DNA of 64,000 nucleotides, taken from the human T2T-CHM13v2.0 reference genome, Homo sapiens. Under the pieces are notes generated by a model. That model was not told where the DNA came from. It saw only the letters and a program-made list of their open reading frames with translations, and ran no database searches. Shown here one piece after another: positions 37,793 to 51,759 of this stretch (the first letter of the stretch is position 1; the number at the start of each line of letters is the position of its first letter). The stretch lies in NCBI RefSeq assembly GCF_009914755.1, contig NC_060937.1, one strand, 5' to 3'. The position numbers were made by a program, and so were the translations under genes.

Positions 37793-39299
37793 TAATGAAA
37801 TTTTTAGGATTTTAGCACTATTAGTAATTTACACCTAAAAATTAAATACATTTTATCATGTCACAAAAGCATCTAAACCTTCATTAAAGGAGTACATTTT
37901 TCAATGGGAGAAGAGATGCATGTTTGTGGAGCATAATATATGTCAGTAGAGACCAAATTGTACACTGTATGCATTTATGAGGTATGGGTGCATTTAGCAT
38001 TTTTGGAGAATAATTAGGAAGATCCTTGGATTTCTGAGAGTAAGAATAAAGAAAAACAGGATCTGGTAACAAATACTAGAAAAACAGATGGTTATTAAAG
38101 CTTAGAAATTCCCCAAGAATATAGTCTACTTAAAGTTTTTTTTGTGAATAGCTACATATATAATGCTTGAGTCATGTAGTTGAAATACTGTTGCATTTTT
38201 GGCTTCTTGGTAGGAAATTAATAAGTTCCCAGTGCAAGTTCTAGGGATTAATAGGAGCTGTGTATAACAAAGACATTGAATTAAATAGAATATAACTTCA
38301 TTTTCTATATTCAGCATACCTACCAATACTAATTAGTGATATATTTATATTTTCTACTCTATTAGAATGATGTAGAATAGACATATTGCAGAATGAAGGC
38401 AAATATAAAATAATTATTTTCCGTGGCACTTAATATTCTCAGTGGAGGATAAAATTTAATGGTAAAAACTTGCTAAAATTATTTGTTATAAAAAAGAAAT
38501 ATATGCTTTGGACTATATAAGTTTACCAAATTAGAAATAAGTATAGTTTTTATGCTCTAATTACTGTTTAAATGGACACTGCACCCCTACTACATTATGC
38601 TATGAGACTAGAATCTCTGTGCTTTTGTTGGGTGTATTTATATCAGAGTGAAAGATGTTCTCATTAGAAAGAATCATTGGAAATTTTTGAATACAAAGGG
38701 GAACTTTATGTAGTTCAGTTAGGCAGACTGTATACATTTGATTTGTTTTAGGCTGTAAAATGTATGTTGTATAAAATATAAACACGTCTTCATTTATGGG
38801 ACCACAGATAGCTCCGCTATGGACAGGGCATTTCTTCTAAAACAGATGATTACTTTTGCAGTATGTAGAGAAATAGAAGACCAATCAATTAATTTTCTAA
38901 AATTCCCCTGCTATGGGTTTCTTTCAGTGTTAAGTCCTTCACCACATGTACACATGTCTCTCTTTAAAGAGCGATGAGTGGTGAGAGGTAGTTGAGCTGC
39001 CGTTACTTGAATGCATAGGAAAACCACTTTCTATAATCCACTGCCAAATCCAGCGTGACTATCCATTACTTACTACTAAAAGGCTCTTTTGTAAAACTTT
39101 CTAAATAATTCACTACAGCCTCAGTAAATATTGCACATAGATTTCTATCAAGACATATTGCATACAATTTCTACTAGGTTCTTTCTTGAAAAGGTAAGCT
39201 GAAGATGGGAAACAGGATATTTAAGAATTGAGAACTAGCTTGGACACACCTTATTTCTAAAGAGCCTGAGCCCTTGATGGTTATACCTATGGAGCGCTG

Positions 39300-40620
39300 C
39301 ACTAGTATAAGGAGGGTTCACCTAGGTTATACCCTTATTCTTTTGAGTTCTGAGAGTATTCAGGCAACCTTATTTTTCCTTGTTGGACAGGACCAGTTAC
39401 TGTAACCAACACTGTTACTCTCTTTCCTACTAGTTCTTTAGTAGATGAGAATCCCCAAATGGTCAGGTGGCAGTCCCCATTGAGACAGTGATATTTCTGT
39501 GTTCTATCTTGGAGGTTTTTTTTTTTTCCCAAAACTTCCAGATAAATAGAACCCCAAGTTTCGGGGTTGCTGATACCAGGGCAAATGGGCCGTGGTGCAT
39601 GATGGTCCATGTTTGTGCCTAATCAGCTGGCTTCTTTCTTCATAAGCTCATTATACAAACATCTGGCTCTCTCTGCCATGTGAAGAACATCCTTAGACTA
39701 CATTTGTTTTTTCTGCAGAGAATGTCTTGTGGTGAGCATTCACATGAGAAATGGGACATCGTTATTTTAAAGCTGTGGTCCCCAAATCTCTTTGTAGTAT
39801 TTCTAATCTTGTTCTTGCTCCCTCCAAGAAATATTAGTTCAAATTAGTTCAAACATGAACCATTGTGCAGGCATCTTATATAAATTCTGATTTCAACTTA
39901 TTGCTCTTTTGGGTTGAAGTGGAAGATCCTGAATGACTGCTCACATTTTGGTACATAGAAAATATTTTCCCTCTCCATTTTCTTCAGTATCATCCCTATG
40001 ACCTGCTAAACTCTTAAAGTAGAACAATTTTGTCTTGTGCCATTATATTGTACGACTGTAAACCCAATTTACATTAGGGGACTTTGCTACCATGGGTTTG
40101 GGTTAAGGGAGGCTCAGAGGTATGACTAGAGTCAAATTCCTGGCGATGTGAACAACCTCTTGCAACTTACTCATGCCTTTGTGGGCTTTATCAGTCCTGA
40201 ATGCATAAATTGCTTCTACTTAATTATCGAAAGCTGCTGGGTAACGTGGGCTCTACAGCTAAAGTGATCTCATAGCACCTAGTTTTTGGTGGCAGTCTGG
40301 GTTGAATGGTCACCTAATGTCTCATCCAGCATTGGAACCAAGTAGCAAACTGAAAGATGATACCTGTGGAAGGATGCATGTCCTTAACCCTATATCCCAA
40401 ATGCCTGTTCTTCATTCTTCTGTCAGGGCTTGTCATAAGCTTCATATATCATCCAGGAATGAGTGGCAGAACCATTTGTATTGGAATCTGGGTCCACTAG
40501 ACACTCTTTCGCATTACACCTGACTCAAATTTGACAGCCTTTTGAAAGACATAGTAAAAGGATACTAATAGAATATCCCATATCCAAAAGTCTATCTGTC
40601 ATGGTGCCTCCTTGGTTACA
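39300..40620 (-). mobile_element. Decayed ERV-L-class internal (pol/dUTPase) fragment
   Basis: Minus-strand peptides resemble ERV-L motifs: SHVNAHH (RNase H end, about 39730-39750), and LPPDHLGIL plus KRVTVLVTVTGPVQQGKIRL (dUTPase-like, 39360-39475). Confidence 0.72.
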
Positions 40621-40638
40621 ATGATTTATTTTGGAGAA

Positions 40639-41015
40639 TGCTATGGTTTGAAGGTTTTTATCCCCTCTGAAACTCATGTTGAAACTTTATTCTCAATAAA
40701 ATAGTGTTGAGAGGTGGGGCCTAATAAGAAGTATTTAGGCCATGAGGATGGTATACTGCTACAAAAAGGGCTTGTAGGAGTGGATTTGCTCTCTCTCTCT
40801 CACTCGTCTGTTTATGCGAGGAACAGTGTTCTTCCTCTTGGGAGAATGTAGTGTTCAAGGTACCATCTTGGAATCAGAGACTCAGCCCTTTCCGGGCACC
40901 AACCTACCAGTGCCTTGATCATGGACTTCCCAGCCTCTAGTACTGTGAGGAATACATTTCTGTTCTTTATAAATCACCCTGTCTTAGATATAGCAGCATA
41001 AAATGGACTAAGATA
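40639..41015 (+). mobile_element. MST (C/D-like) MaLR solo LTR
   Basis: tgctatggtttgaa...ggacttcccagcctctagtactgtgag...ggactaagata. Near-TSD gagaa/gagga. Confidence 0.88.
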
Positions 41016-41036
41016 GAGGAGACAGCCCACCTCGTC

Positions 41037-41196
41037 AGCTATGCTTCTCATAGTGTAATCCAAAATCTAGCAACCATCATTTAGGAACATGTTAGAAATA
41101 GATAACAGACTCAATTCCAGATTTACTAAATCAGAATCTGCATTTCAGTAAGATCCTCAGGTGAATTGTGTGCACATTAAAGCAGGAGAACCAGTG
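41037..41196. mobile_element. MER5A-like (hAT-Charlie)
   Basis: tactaaatcagaatctgcatttcagtaagatcctcaggtga. Confidence 0.75.
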
Positions 41197-42287
41197 CCTT
41201 AGCTGATTTGACCACAGGAATGTCATCGCCGTGGGAGGCTTCTTGTTTCCCAGGGATTAATGTCACCCCCTGCCACGCTGCTTCTTGCTGTTTAGATCTT
41301 ATCAACATGGCATCTGTAATGCAATAGATGTGTGCGGTGGTCTGAAGGAAGGGCTGAGAAACACTGCTCTTCTTTAGGTTACTGACAGTTGCTTTTCGTG
41401 ACTCTTGCATATGAGAATGCAGGTTTTTTTTTTTTTTGCCATATCCATTATTGGCAGCTCTATAAATTTACTTCTGTTAGAAATCTACATTTAGGAGTAC
41501 AGCTGAAATTGAAGTCAACCTCTGATTGTGTTTGTTATAATATAGTAGTAATTTTTATTTAGACTTGCTAGTATTTTACCTTATCCTTAAATTGCTAAAT
41601 TGGAGCACAGTTTCCCAAGATCCATAGGAATTAGTTTTCACGTATATTTGTTATCCAGCATGACTCCAAAGTTTGGTCATTCCCCTTTTTGAAAAATACA
41701 GTCATCTAATTAAAAGTTCTTTATGGTAAGACTTTAGGAAGGCATCATAGTAGAGCCTGGTAAAGATAAAACGAGTTTTCCTCAATACCTGATCTTCTCT
41801 TTATATAAGAGGCTCCAGGTCTGTGACTTGGGAATTAGGTTAGAACCTTTGTTCTCTAGGCTGATGGCTCAAATAAGGCCTTTGTATGTTAGCGCTGGAA
41901 TTGTTTTGTCTTACAACAATTAATCAAGACCTTAGGGAATGTGTAATGAATTTGTTTCTGGAGATGTCTTGATTAATTAATTCTATCTAGGAATCTCTGC
42001 ATGTCAGATATTTCATGCACCCTGATGACTACTCCAGCCCTGTTGCCTATTATGACGCTCATCCTCATTTTGTTCCTGGTAATTAAATGCTGCCTCCTGA
42101 GCTTGGCCATCCAGAGCTTCCGTGATTTCTGCTGGGATTGGGGTTTACATTAAGCCTGCCCACTGACATTTCTGACCTAGAGGTAATAGCTGGTTAAGCA
42201 CAATTAAAAATTTGGATTTAAAAAAATATTATTCTTCTAATTTCAAGAGGCAGTGGCAAACAATACAGATTATTATGAAATAATACA

Positions 42288-42497
42288 CAGTAAGTCCTCA
42301 CATCACATCATTGATAGGTTCTTAGAAACTCCAAATTTAAGCAAAATGATGTATCATGAATCCAATGTTTTTTCTCATCAACATTACAGTGAAACAATTG
42401 TGAACAAAACAGAATTATTCTAGGATGTTATTCTAGGTCATTTCACTTAAAGTCGCAGTTTCCAAGCCTATGAATAATGTTAAGTGGAGATTTACAC
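42288..42497. mobile_element. MER6B-like Tigger MITE with long inverted termini
   Basis: cagtaagtcctcac...gataggttcttagaaact...ttaag is mirrored by cttaaagtcgcagtttccaag...ttaagtg. Confidence 0.78.
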
Positions 42498-43499
42498 TAT
42501 ATCATACCTTCCTGAACTTTCAATTTATCATTAATATTACATCCATATTAATTTTTAGAGCCAGAATTGTACAAGCTATTTTTTTCTTTAAAAAGTGGCA
42601 ACTTAATTATCTATTATAGTTGAGTTATTTTGTAGAACGTACTTTTTTTAAAATGAGCTCTTTTCTAACATGTTTTGACATTTTTCGAGTGTGTTCACAC
42701 TCTGATATCTCATTTGCTACTTAAGTTAATTTTCATTGCATTGAAGCGAGGACTTTGACATCGTGAGAAATGGTCTGATAAAGAAGGAACATCCCTAGGG
42801 CCAGGGACAAAGCACCCTGAAAGGGTTCTCAACCTTTCTACCTAAATTCCATTTTCCAAAAAATGACTAAAAATGTTCTGTCTACCTGATAGGATTATTG
42901 CATTGATTACTGAAGGTAAATATTAAAAAAGCATGTTTTATATATACCAAGAAGTCTTTATTGAGCATATACTCTGAGCCAAGCTCTACCCTAATCACTT
43001 AAAATGAATGTGAAGCACTTTGCAATAAGCTTTTCATTTGACATCTAAATTCTGAGAAAGTTTAAGTTTGCAATAATTTAAGAAACAAAATTACTTTGAA
43101 GACAATTACAATATGTGTATATGTATTTTCGTATATATGTATTTGTATATTAATAATATATTTATATTTTGGATAATTCTGTTTTGATTTGAAAGAGGAG
43201 TTGGAGAGACTGTGGCAAAGAAGTGACATTTTTCTTCTTGCTTTCACATATTTTGTTGGAAAGTTTATAACTTTTAGTTTTAAAATAGTGGAGATATCTT
43301 TAGGGATGGATATAAGTTCCTCCCCTCAAAGAAAGCCCTCTAGAAATGGAAAACAGTGTACCCTAATTGAGAACCCATCAGTTAAATAAAGTATTAAGTG
43401 CTTGCTTTATCCTAGATGATTTTGGATATAGTGGCATAATGTGTACTTTTCCTGCGCTGCAGAAACTCTTTTGAGAAAGTGTCTCCACAATCAGTGAAC

Positions 43500-43695
43500 A
43501 TTGCTGTATTCTATGATTGCTACTCAGAGGTCTACAGACCAGTAAGATGTGTATGATCTGAGAGCTTGTTAGAAATGCAGAATAAAAAAAATGCAGAACC
43601 CCAGGCCCAGGCCATACCCCAGAACTACTGAATCAGAGTTTTCATGTTAACAAGATCACCAGGAGAAATATGCACATTTTTTTGAGAAACGCTGT
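43500..43695. mobile_element. MER5A-like
   Basis: gagcttgttagaaatgcaga...tactgaatcagag...aacaagatc. Confidence 0.75.
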
Positions 43696-43728
43696 TCTAG
43701 ATCACATATACAATCTGAATTTTCCTAA

Positions 43729-44140
<412 letters not shown>

Positions 44141-44210
44141 TTAAAAACAAATGAACTGAATAATAGTAATAGCAAACAACTGTGCTCTTTTTTTTCTTCC
44201 AGTTAAGATT

Positions 44211-44686
44211 TGTCAATCTTAAATAATGAGATTTAGGAAATATGATTAAGTATACAGTTTATTCAGGCTGAAAAGAGGATGGTCACCCAGGAAAACACTG
44301 ATTCCAAATGAAAATAGGGTCAGCATTTTCAAAATGGAGAAGTTAAAGTTTCAATTATATAGGCACAGACAGATAAGTTGTAGGAGGATTACAACATTTT
44401 TCGTATGAAGCAAGGTGCATATGCCACAGCAATTGGTTTGATTGATTATGGATTTCTGCATTCCAAGGGAAGTTACTTTATTACTCCATGAGGATGGGTA
44501 GTGATCTTAGGGGTCTTATCTCTGGCACCGTTTGGTCTCAATTATTTACAGGAAAAAGAGGCTTTTAAAAAAGGCAAAAGTTGCAGCTGCCTGCCACCTG
44601 GCTCAGGCTGCAGAGCCACATTCCTCTCAAGGCTCAGGATAACTTAAAGTTCCAAAAACTGTAAGTTTAAACTATTTAGTTTCACA
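44211..44686 (-). mobile_element. ERV1 (MER4-group) solo LTR
   Basis: TG...CA termini. The minus strand starts tgtgaaactaaat...ggaactttaagttatcctgagccttgagaggaatgtggc. Confidence 0.65.
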
Positions 44687-45619
44687 GCTACTATAATGTT
44701 CAGTTTCCTATCTTTGTATAGTTACCTGGGTAACCAAGACTCTAACCCTAGTAATTTCTCTTTTCTCTTCTTGTTAGACCATCCGCTGGGCTCATTCCAA
44801 TTCCTACCCGACCCTGCTGCTTTATGATGAATTGGCCTTTACCAATGAATCACTTTTTAACATTACCCTGCAGTTGACAATTTGCCTCTCTGTAAGCCAG
44901 ATTGCTTCTTAACTAGACATTGGCCTTGTCGCTGAACCTCCTTCATATATTTGAGTACAACTTAATTGTAGCAAAATAGTTTCAACTGTGTTAAACCCAT
45001 TGGGTTTTCTTTAGGGGTCTTTCTGGAGACCCTAAATAATAACACATAGTCAGCTGCAAGATTTTTTATTGTAAGACTAACTTTGATACCAGCTTGCCAT
45101 GTCTAAGAAAGTGAAAAAGCTAATGCATAAATAGAAAATTTCTAAGGCTAGCTGTCTCTTGATCTTGGTATCTTTGGAGCCAAGACAAGAAAGGCAGGAT
45201 AAACCTTGCTCAATTAAGCTATCTTTGAGGAACCAGAAAACAAACAAAAATCCCAATATAGTGATTTAAAAATAAACCCTAAGCAGGAAGGATGAGGATG
45301 TCTATTACTTAGTATGAGAAAGAAATTGAGCAGATTGGAACGTGACACCAATTCTTGGACTCAGCGAGTTGATTCTGGAGAGGTAAAGCAAAGACAGTTC
45401 TCTTCAATGCAGTGAACAGAGAACAGGTAAGGGTTGGGTTGAATTGAAGAATTGCTTTGAGAGTCTCTTATCTGCTGCCTGGAATGATTGTCTGTATCAA
45501 GGCCATATTCCTAAAATATGAAATCTGTGACTGATGTGGGGGCTAGGGAATTGAAGCTTGTATGGGGTGTATCTGAGAAATAAAAATATCCAAATCGAGC
45601 TTTGATTCAGGCTCAATAT

Positions 45620-46191
45620 TGTAGGTTTGAGGAGGGAAAGTTTCCTCTTCACCTTCTGAGGGTTTGCTGAAAATGAACTGACAAAATGCAGATTAACAGG
45701 AGAGAAAGCATACAAAATTTATTTAACGTGCACAAGGGGTGGAGATGGGGGGGAGTCACGGGTGTGATTACCCAATAGCCCAACGATGCTTATATACTCT
45801 TCTTCACGGGGAGTGGGGATATGGGGAATGAAGGCAAATCTTTTGAGGAGTAATAGATGGTTAGTAGGGAGAATGAATGGATGCTGAAGATGGAAATTAA
45901 CTTATAAAGAATTTTCTTTGGAATTTCAATGCGCCTCAGAGACAGACAGTATCCTGTGGAAACATCTGTCCAGGTGTGGTTACATTTCTCACTCTTATTT
46001 TCTGTGATAGATAATGACATTTGGGGGAGGGGATAGAAGGTTTTCTCTTTGGCAGGTCCAGTCTTCAGATAGAAAAGGGAATACTAGGGTAGGGCCCCTT
46101 CCAAGATCTGATCACCTTCAATGGCCTTGCATCTAAAATAGTATACCGTGGTGTTATATTTTGGGGTGAAATTCTCTGGGAGCCTTTAGCA
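45620..46191 (-). mobile_element. ERV1 solo LTR (MER34/MER39-like)
   Basis: gctgaaaatgaactgacaaaatgcagattaacaggagagaaagcatacaaaatttatt; atattttggggtgaa. Confidence 0.65.
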
Positions 46192-46972
46192 TCTTTATTT
46201 AGCATTGAGTGTTTCATGGACTAGCTTATTTTTGAGGTAAGATGTTGAACTTTTAACTACATGCTACATGATTAAAAAATCTATTATCTCTACTTCTCCT
46301 TTATAGATCAGATGTTTATGTCAGATAAAGCTTGTCTTTAGGATTCCTTCAGGCCCCATTTTCGGTCCTTGTTTTTATCCTCACTGAAGGAACCCATATG
46401 TTAGGATTATCCTACCAAATATAGTAAGCAGAAAGTATTTGCCAAGAGAATACCATGTGTACATTTGAACACTGGACATTTAAACAGGTTTTTTTTTTTT
46501 TTTTACGGGGATACTTACAATATGACTAAGGAGATAGATGTATAAAAAATGAACAAGATAGCATACTTGGAGAAAATGCATTATATGCACATTTAATTCC
46601 ACTATAAGTTTTGAGTGGAGGGATGGATAGGAAGAGAGAAATACATATATGTATGACCCAGAGGGTATATACAATGGGAGAAAGGAACCTGTTGTTCCAA
46701 GTTTCTATTATGGCATATATGGTCATGATGATTTTCTCAGTATGAAGCATCTCCTAGGGCTAAGTTTGATGTAAAACTGATGTTCTGTATTTTAGGGGTA
46801 AGTTGAGAGGTTTGAAAGTGTTATTTAGACTGTACTATGCTTGATTTTCAATTTATAAACTAATCCGCTTGTAAGTTTCTTTATAATTCCAAAAAAATGT
46901 CATTTGCTAGGGGAGATTAGAAGAGTGAAGTGATTCCCCAAGGTAAGTTGAAGGAGTTTCAGTTAGGTCCTA

Positions 46973-48011
46973 TGTTGCGGGAAGTCAGGGACCCCGAACG
47001 GAGGGACCGCCTGAAGCCATGGCAGAAGAACGTAAATTGTGAAGATTTCATGGACATTTGTTAGTTCCCCAAATTAATACTTTTATAATTTCTTATGCCT
47101 GTCATTACTGCAGTCTCTGAACATAAATTGTGAAGATTTCATGGACACTTACCACTTCCCCAATCAATACCCTTGTGATTTTCTATGCCTGTCTTTACTT
47201 TAATCTCTTAATCCTGTCATCTTCGTAAGCTGAGGAGGATGTCTGTCATCTCAGGACCCTGTGATAATTGTGTTAACTGCACAGATTGTTTGTAGAGCAT
47301 GTGTGTTTGAACAATATGTTCAGGGAACAAGAGAGATAACCGTAAACTCTGACTGCTGGTGAGCCAGGCCAACAGAGCTGTATTTCTCTTCTTTCAAAAG
47401 CAAATGGGAGAAATGTCACTGAATTATTTTCCTCAGCAAGGAACATCCCTGAGAAAGAGAATGTGTCCCTGAGGGGAGGCCTCGAAAATGGCCGCTTTGG
47501 GGGCGGCTGTCTTTTATGGTCGTAGCTGTGGGATGAAATAAGCCTGGTCTCCTGTAGCACTCCCAGGCTTATTAGGCCGAGGAAATTCCCACCTAATAAA
47601 TTTTGGTCAGACCGGTTGTCTGCTCTCAAACCCTGTCTGCTCATGAGATGTTATCAATGACAATGTGTGCTCGAAACTTCATTAGCAATTTTAATTTTGC
47701 CCCGGTCCTGTGATCTCACCCTGCCTCCATTTACCTTGTGATATCTTATTACCTTGTGAAGCATGTGATCTCTGTGACTCACACCCGATTCGTACACTCC
47801 CTCCCCTTTTGAAAATCACTAATAAAAACTTGCTGGTTTTGGGGCTTGTGGAGCATGACGGAACCTACTGACATGTGATGTCTCCCCCGGACACCCAGCT
47901 TTAAAATTTCTCTCTTTTGTACTCTGTCCCTTTATTTCTCAGACCGGCTGCCACTTAGGAAAAATAGAAAAGAACCTATGTGAAATATTGGGGGCTGAAT
48001 TTTGCCTGATA
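46973..48011 (+). mobile_element. MER11 (HERV-K11/HML-8) solo LTR
   Basis: Starts tgttgcgggaagtcagggaccccgaacggagggacc. The motif aaattgtgaagatttcatggaca is repeated. Perfect 6-bp TSD GTCCTA at 46967-46972 and 48012-48017. Confidence 0.95.
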
Positions 48012-50089
48012 GTCCTAAAAGAAAGATAGAAATAAGTAGTACAGAATAACGTCTGAGGTCTGTCACTTAATAAATATGGTTAAGTTAGGTCCAACAAAAT
48101 TCTTTTTACTTTAAAAATTATTTCAGTTTGAATAGTGAATGTTCATAGAAACCATTCACATTATTTTACAGGCTACTTCAACTTTTCTTTGTTTATTCCA
48201 AATAAGCACATTTTAAAATTGTTTTAGTTGCCATCATAATGGCATCTTATAGTCTAAGGGAGCCAAATAGCCTCCCCACCTTCCTTTTAATAAGACAAAT
48301 GTTCATATTATGAACATTTTAGCAAAACCTAATTGCTCTGAGAAAATGGAAATGTAGTTACAGATACAAAAATACTTGCAGTTACTGTTATCAATTTAAT
48401 TGTCTCAGAGTAGGGAAATAAGCAAATTAGAAGCATAGATGGGAAGGAGACTGTTTTTCATGATCACTCTTAAGCATCTTTGGAAATTTGTACCACATGC
48501 ATATATATGAATTATTAAAAGAAAAAGGCGGAGGGGGGAGTGAGTCACCTAGGTTGCACCTAGTGCAACTCCTTTTGTATACCCACTTGTTCTGTATATT
48601 TAGTTAAATGCCACGTAATCACTACAATGATTATTTGGTAAGAGATTATTATTATTATGGTAAAGGATAGGGTGTGTAAATCAGAACATTTATTTTCGCA
48701 GAAGAATGAATAATTGGAGAGGGGATGGGTTGGGGTCAGGGAGTTTAAGAATAAGTTGCTATAGTGGGATGATGGATGGAAATAGAATTAAATCGGTGAA
48801 TTTGAGTGAGATACAGCAGGATGAGTCAGTAGGTACTTTTCTTGAAGGTGAAGAGAAGAAATTTCTAGCTTTGAAGCCTGGACTCAGAAAAACAAGAGTG
48901 CCACAGAGAAATAAGAAATTTCAGAATTAGGTTTTTAGAGGAAAGGTAATGATTTTGGATCTTTGAGTTAAATAGACAGATGGTAGACTAGGATATTTAA
49001 GTAGCATTCTCTTAGGGTTTTAAGTTTTTTATTTTGTTTTTATTTAATTGATAATCCTTATCAAGACTTTTTAGCTCTTAGATTTAATTATTTAGCTTGG
49101 GTGAGTATTAGTTAAGCAATATGGCAAGCTAATGATAAATAAATATTCATTGACTGCTGGTGTTATGACCCAACTTGCATTTTAAATCCTGGCTTCAATT
49201 TCTTAACACAATAGGAGTTGAGTATACTTGTTTGAAGAAAAGATGGATACACGTTTAACTTATGTTATGACCTGTCTAGGTCCAGCCCAGAGAGAAAAAG
49301 CTAAATGTACAAGTTACTTCACTCAGGGAAAATAGTCAAACAACTTTCTTCTTTGCTGCTTCTTCTTGTTTCTTCTTTTTATTTTGAACATTAGTAAATT
49401 TGCAGTTTATAGTCACCATCTCTCTATAGCACTTCACCTTTTGAAACCTAGATATGAATTTCCACCCTTACCCCTACCAAACTCTTTTTTTTTCCACATT
49501 TGTCTACTAGTTTCCCCTTCCCCCACCATAGGTCCTTCAAATTTCAAAATGAAAATCATATTCTGCTTCAACCTCTACCTTAACCTGTTTCTTGTCCTAC
49601 AAGATGGAAACCTCTGTGTTTAATTTAACTTCTGCTTCTCCTCTGAGAGCCATCTAGTCATGAAATGATATTAGTTATAGCTTACCATGATCTCTTCCCC
49701 AGCCTGTGGCCTCTGTGTCAGACTAGGCCATTACCATTACTTTCCCGGCTAATACACCATCTGTATAACTGGCCCCCAAGTCACCAGATTTTTTTAAAAT
49801 CCAATTCCTACTTCATATTATTATGAATTATGTTTACTCCTCTCTGCCTTTATCCCCACAGTTATTATATGACTCTCTTTAAAATGTTCATTGCTTTATA
49901 AGAATCTTTGAGAATAAAATCCAAACATTTTGTCTTGCTATAAATGTTGCAAACTATTCGGCATATAACCTACTTTTATATTCTAGAACCACATGTCCCT
50001 TCTTTATTCCTTACTTTGAATATACTGCCTGGAATAATATTCCACTAACCACATTAACTTCATGCCTTTCCAAACTCCTGTCCTTTTTT

Positions 50090-50513
50090 ATTCCTTTCAA
50101 TAACAAATCATCACATACCGAATAGCTTAAAATAATAAAAAATTATTTTCTCATAGTTGTGAAAGCCAGAAGTCCAAAATCCAGAAGTCAGCAGGACTTC
50201 TTGCCCTTGCTCCTGAAGCTCTAGGGGACATTCCACTCCTTGCCTCTTCCAGCTTCCTCTGGTGACTGCTTGGTTTGTGACTGGGCATCCCCAGTCTCTG
50301 CCTCTGTCTTCACATCTTCTTTGTGTGGGTGTCTTTGCCTCTCCTGTCTTCTATAAGTAATGCATTTAAGGCCTACCTTGGTAATCCAGGATGTTCTTAT
50401 TTCAGGATCTTTAGTTTAATTATAGCTGCAAAGACTCTTTTTCCAAATAAAGTCACGCTCACAGGTTCCTGATAGATATGTCTTTTTGGGAGACCACTGT
50501 TCAGCTCACTACA
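50090..50513 (-). mobile_element. MLT1B/C LTR
   Basis: gccagaagtccaaaatc...tctgaagctctagggga-like...gcaaagactcttttccaaataa...ctcactaca. Confidence 0.8.
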
Positions 50514-50797
50514 CACACAAAACACATAGCTCATTCATGCTTTCACTCATGTCTGTTGAATACTTAGCAATTAGTTTTTTTCTCTATTATTCCATGGTGT
50601 TCAGTTGATATCTCTATTTTAGCCCCTATTACATTAAATTTATATATTCTGCCCACTTGGTTGGAAAGTTATTTGTTGGATAATATTCAATTTATCCTTT
50701 TTTGTTACTTGAAAATTGAAATTCCTGGCTCACTGCCAATTCCAAACTCTACTTCCTGGTGATCATAATTTTTAGTGACTTAAATAACAAAGATGTC

Positions 50798-51318
50798 TGT
50801 ATTATTCAGTGTTCTCCAGAGAAATAGAACAAACTGGATATATATACATAGCTGTATAAATGAGATTTATTACAGGAATTGGCTTACACAGTTATGGAGA
50901 CCGAGAAGTTCCATGATCTTCCTTCTGCAAGACGGAGAATCAGGAAAGCTGGCAGTGTCATTCAGTCCAAGTCAGAAGGCCTGAGAATCTGGGGTGGGGA
51001 AGGGGCCACAGTCTAAGTCCTGGTCTGAGTCTGTAAGCTTAAAACTAGGAGTACTGATGTCTGACAGCCTGTCTCAGCTAAAGCAGAGAGACTGAGTTCG
51101 CCTTTTTTCTGTCTTTTTGGTCTATTTAGTCCAGTCTTGAGAGACTGGATGATGCCCACACATTGTGGAGTACCAGCTGCTTTGTTCAGTTCAGCTCACC
51201 AGTTCATATGCTAAAATCTGCCAGAAATACCCTCAGAGACATACCCAGAGATAATGTTTTCCAGCTATCTGGGCATTCTTTAGCTCAGACAAGTTGCCAC
51301 ATAAAATTAACCATCACG
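50798..51318 (-). mobile_element. MLT2B-type ERV-L LTR
   Basis: tgtatt...gttctccagagaaatagaac...cataaaattaaccatcac. Confidence 0.88.
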
Positions 51319-51759
51319 ATCATCCTTCCAATGTGTTAACTTTTTGACTGCTCAGTTTCCTTTCTTCCAATGATCTTGTTCTCTTTGTTCTGTCAGCCAC
51401 CCACTCCGTGGACATACCTTGTTTCTCATTATTAGAAATAACCAAAACAACTCCAAAATGTTAGTTTAAGTATAGCAACCTGCTATCGTCACCACCTCTT
51501 TCCCCCCAGTGCTTCTCTTGCTACTGTTTCGGTAACAATTCCTTGACCTCATTGATTCCTACCATCTCTTCACTGTTTCTCAATCACTCATGAACTCATG
51601 TCCTTACTGACCTAGCTTAGATCTATTGCTAATTATTATCATCATCCTAGTCTTTTGCTTTGTCATACTGTTTTGGTCAAAGCAAGTCCTGTTGAACTTT
51701 TTATTTACTCCATGCCTGCATAAGTGCAGCAGAACAGAGGAAGAAGAAAACATCCATTC

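Noticed and set aside
47034-47148. Spaced 23-bp direct repeat, superficially CRISPR-like
   Set aside because: It has two copies only, is an intrinsic feature of the MER11 LTR and lies in eukaryotic DNA with no cas genes.
47273-47644. 123-aa minus-strand ORF (and the 104-aa ORF at 24648..24962)
   Set aside because: Both lie entirely within LTRs and have no recognisable domain.
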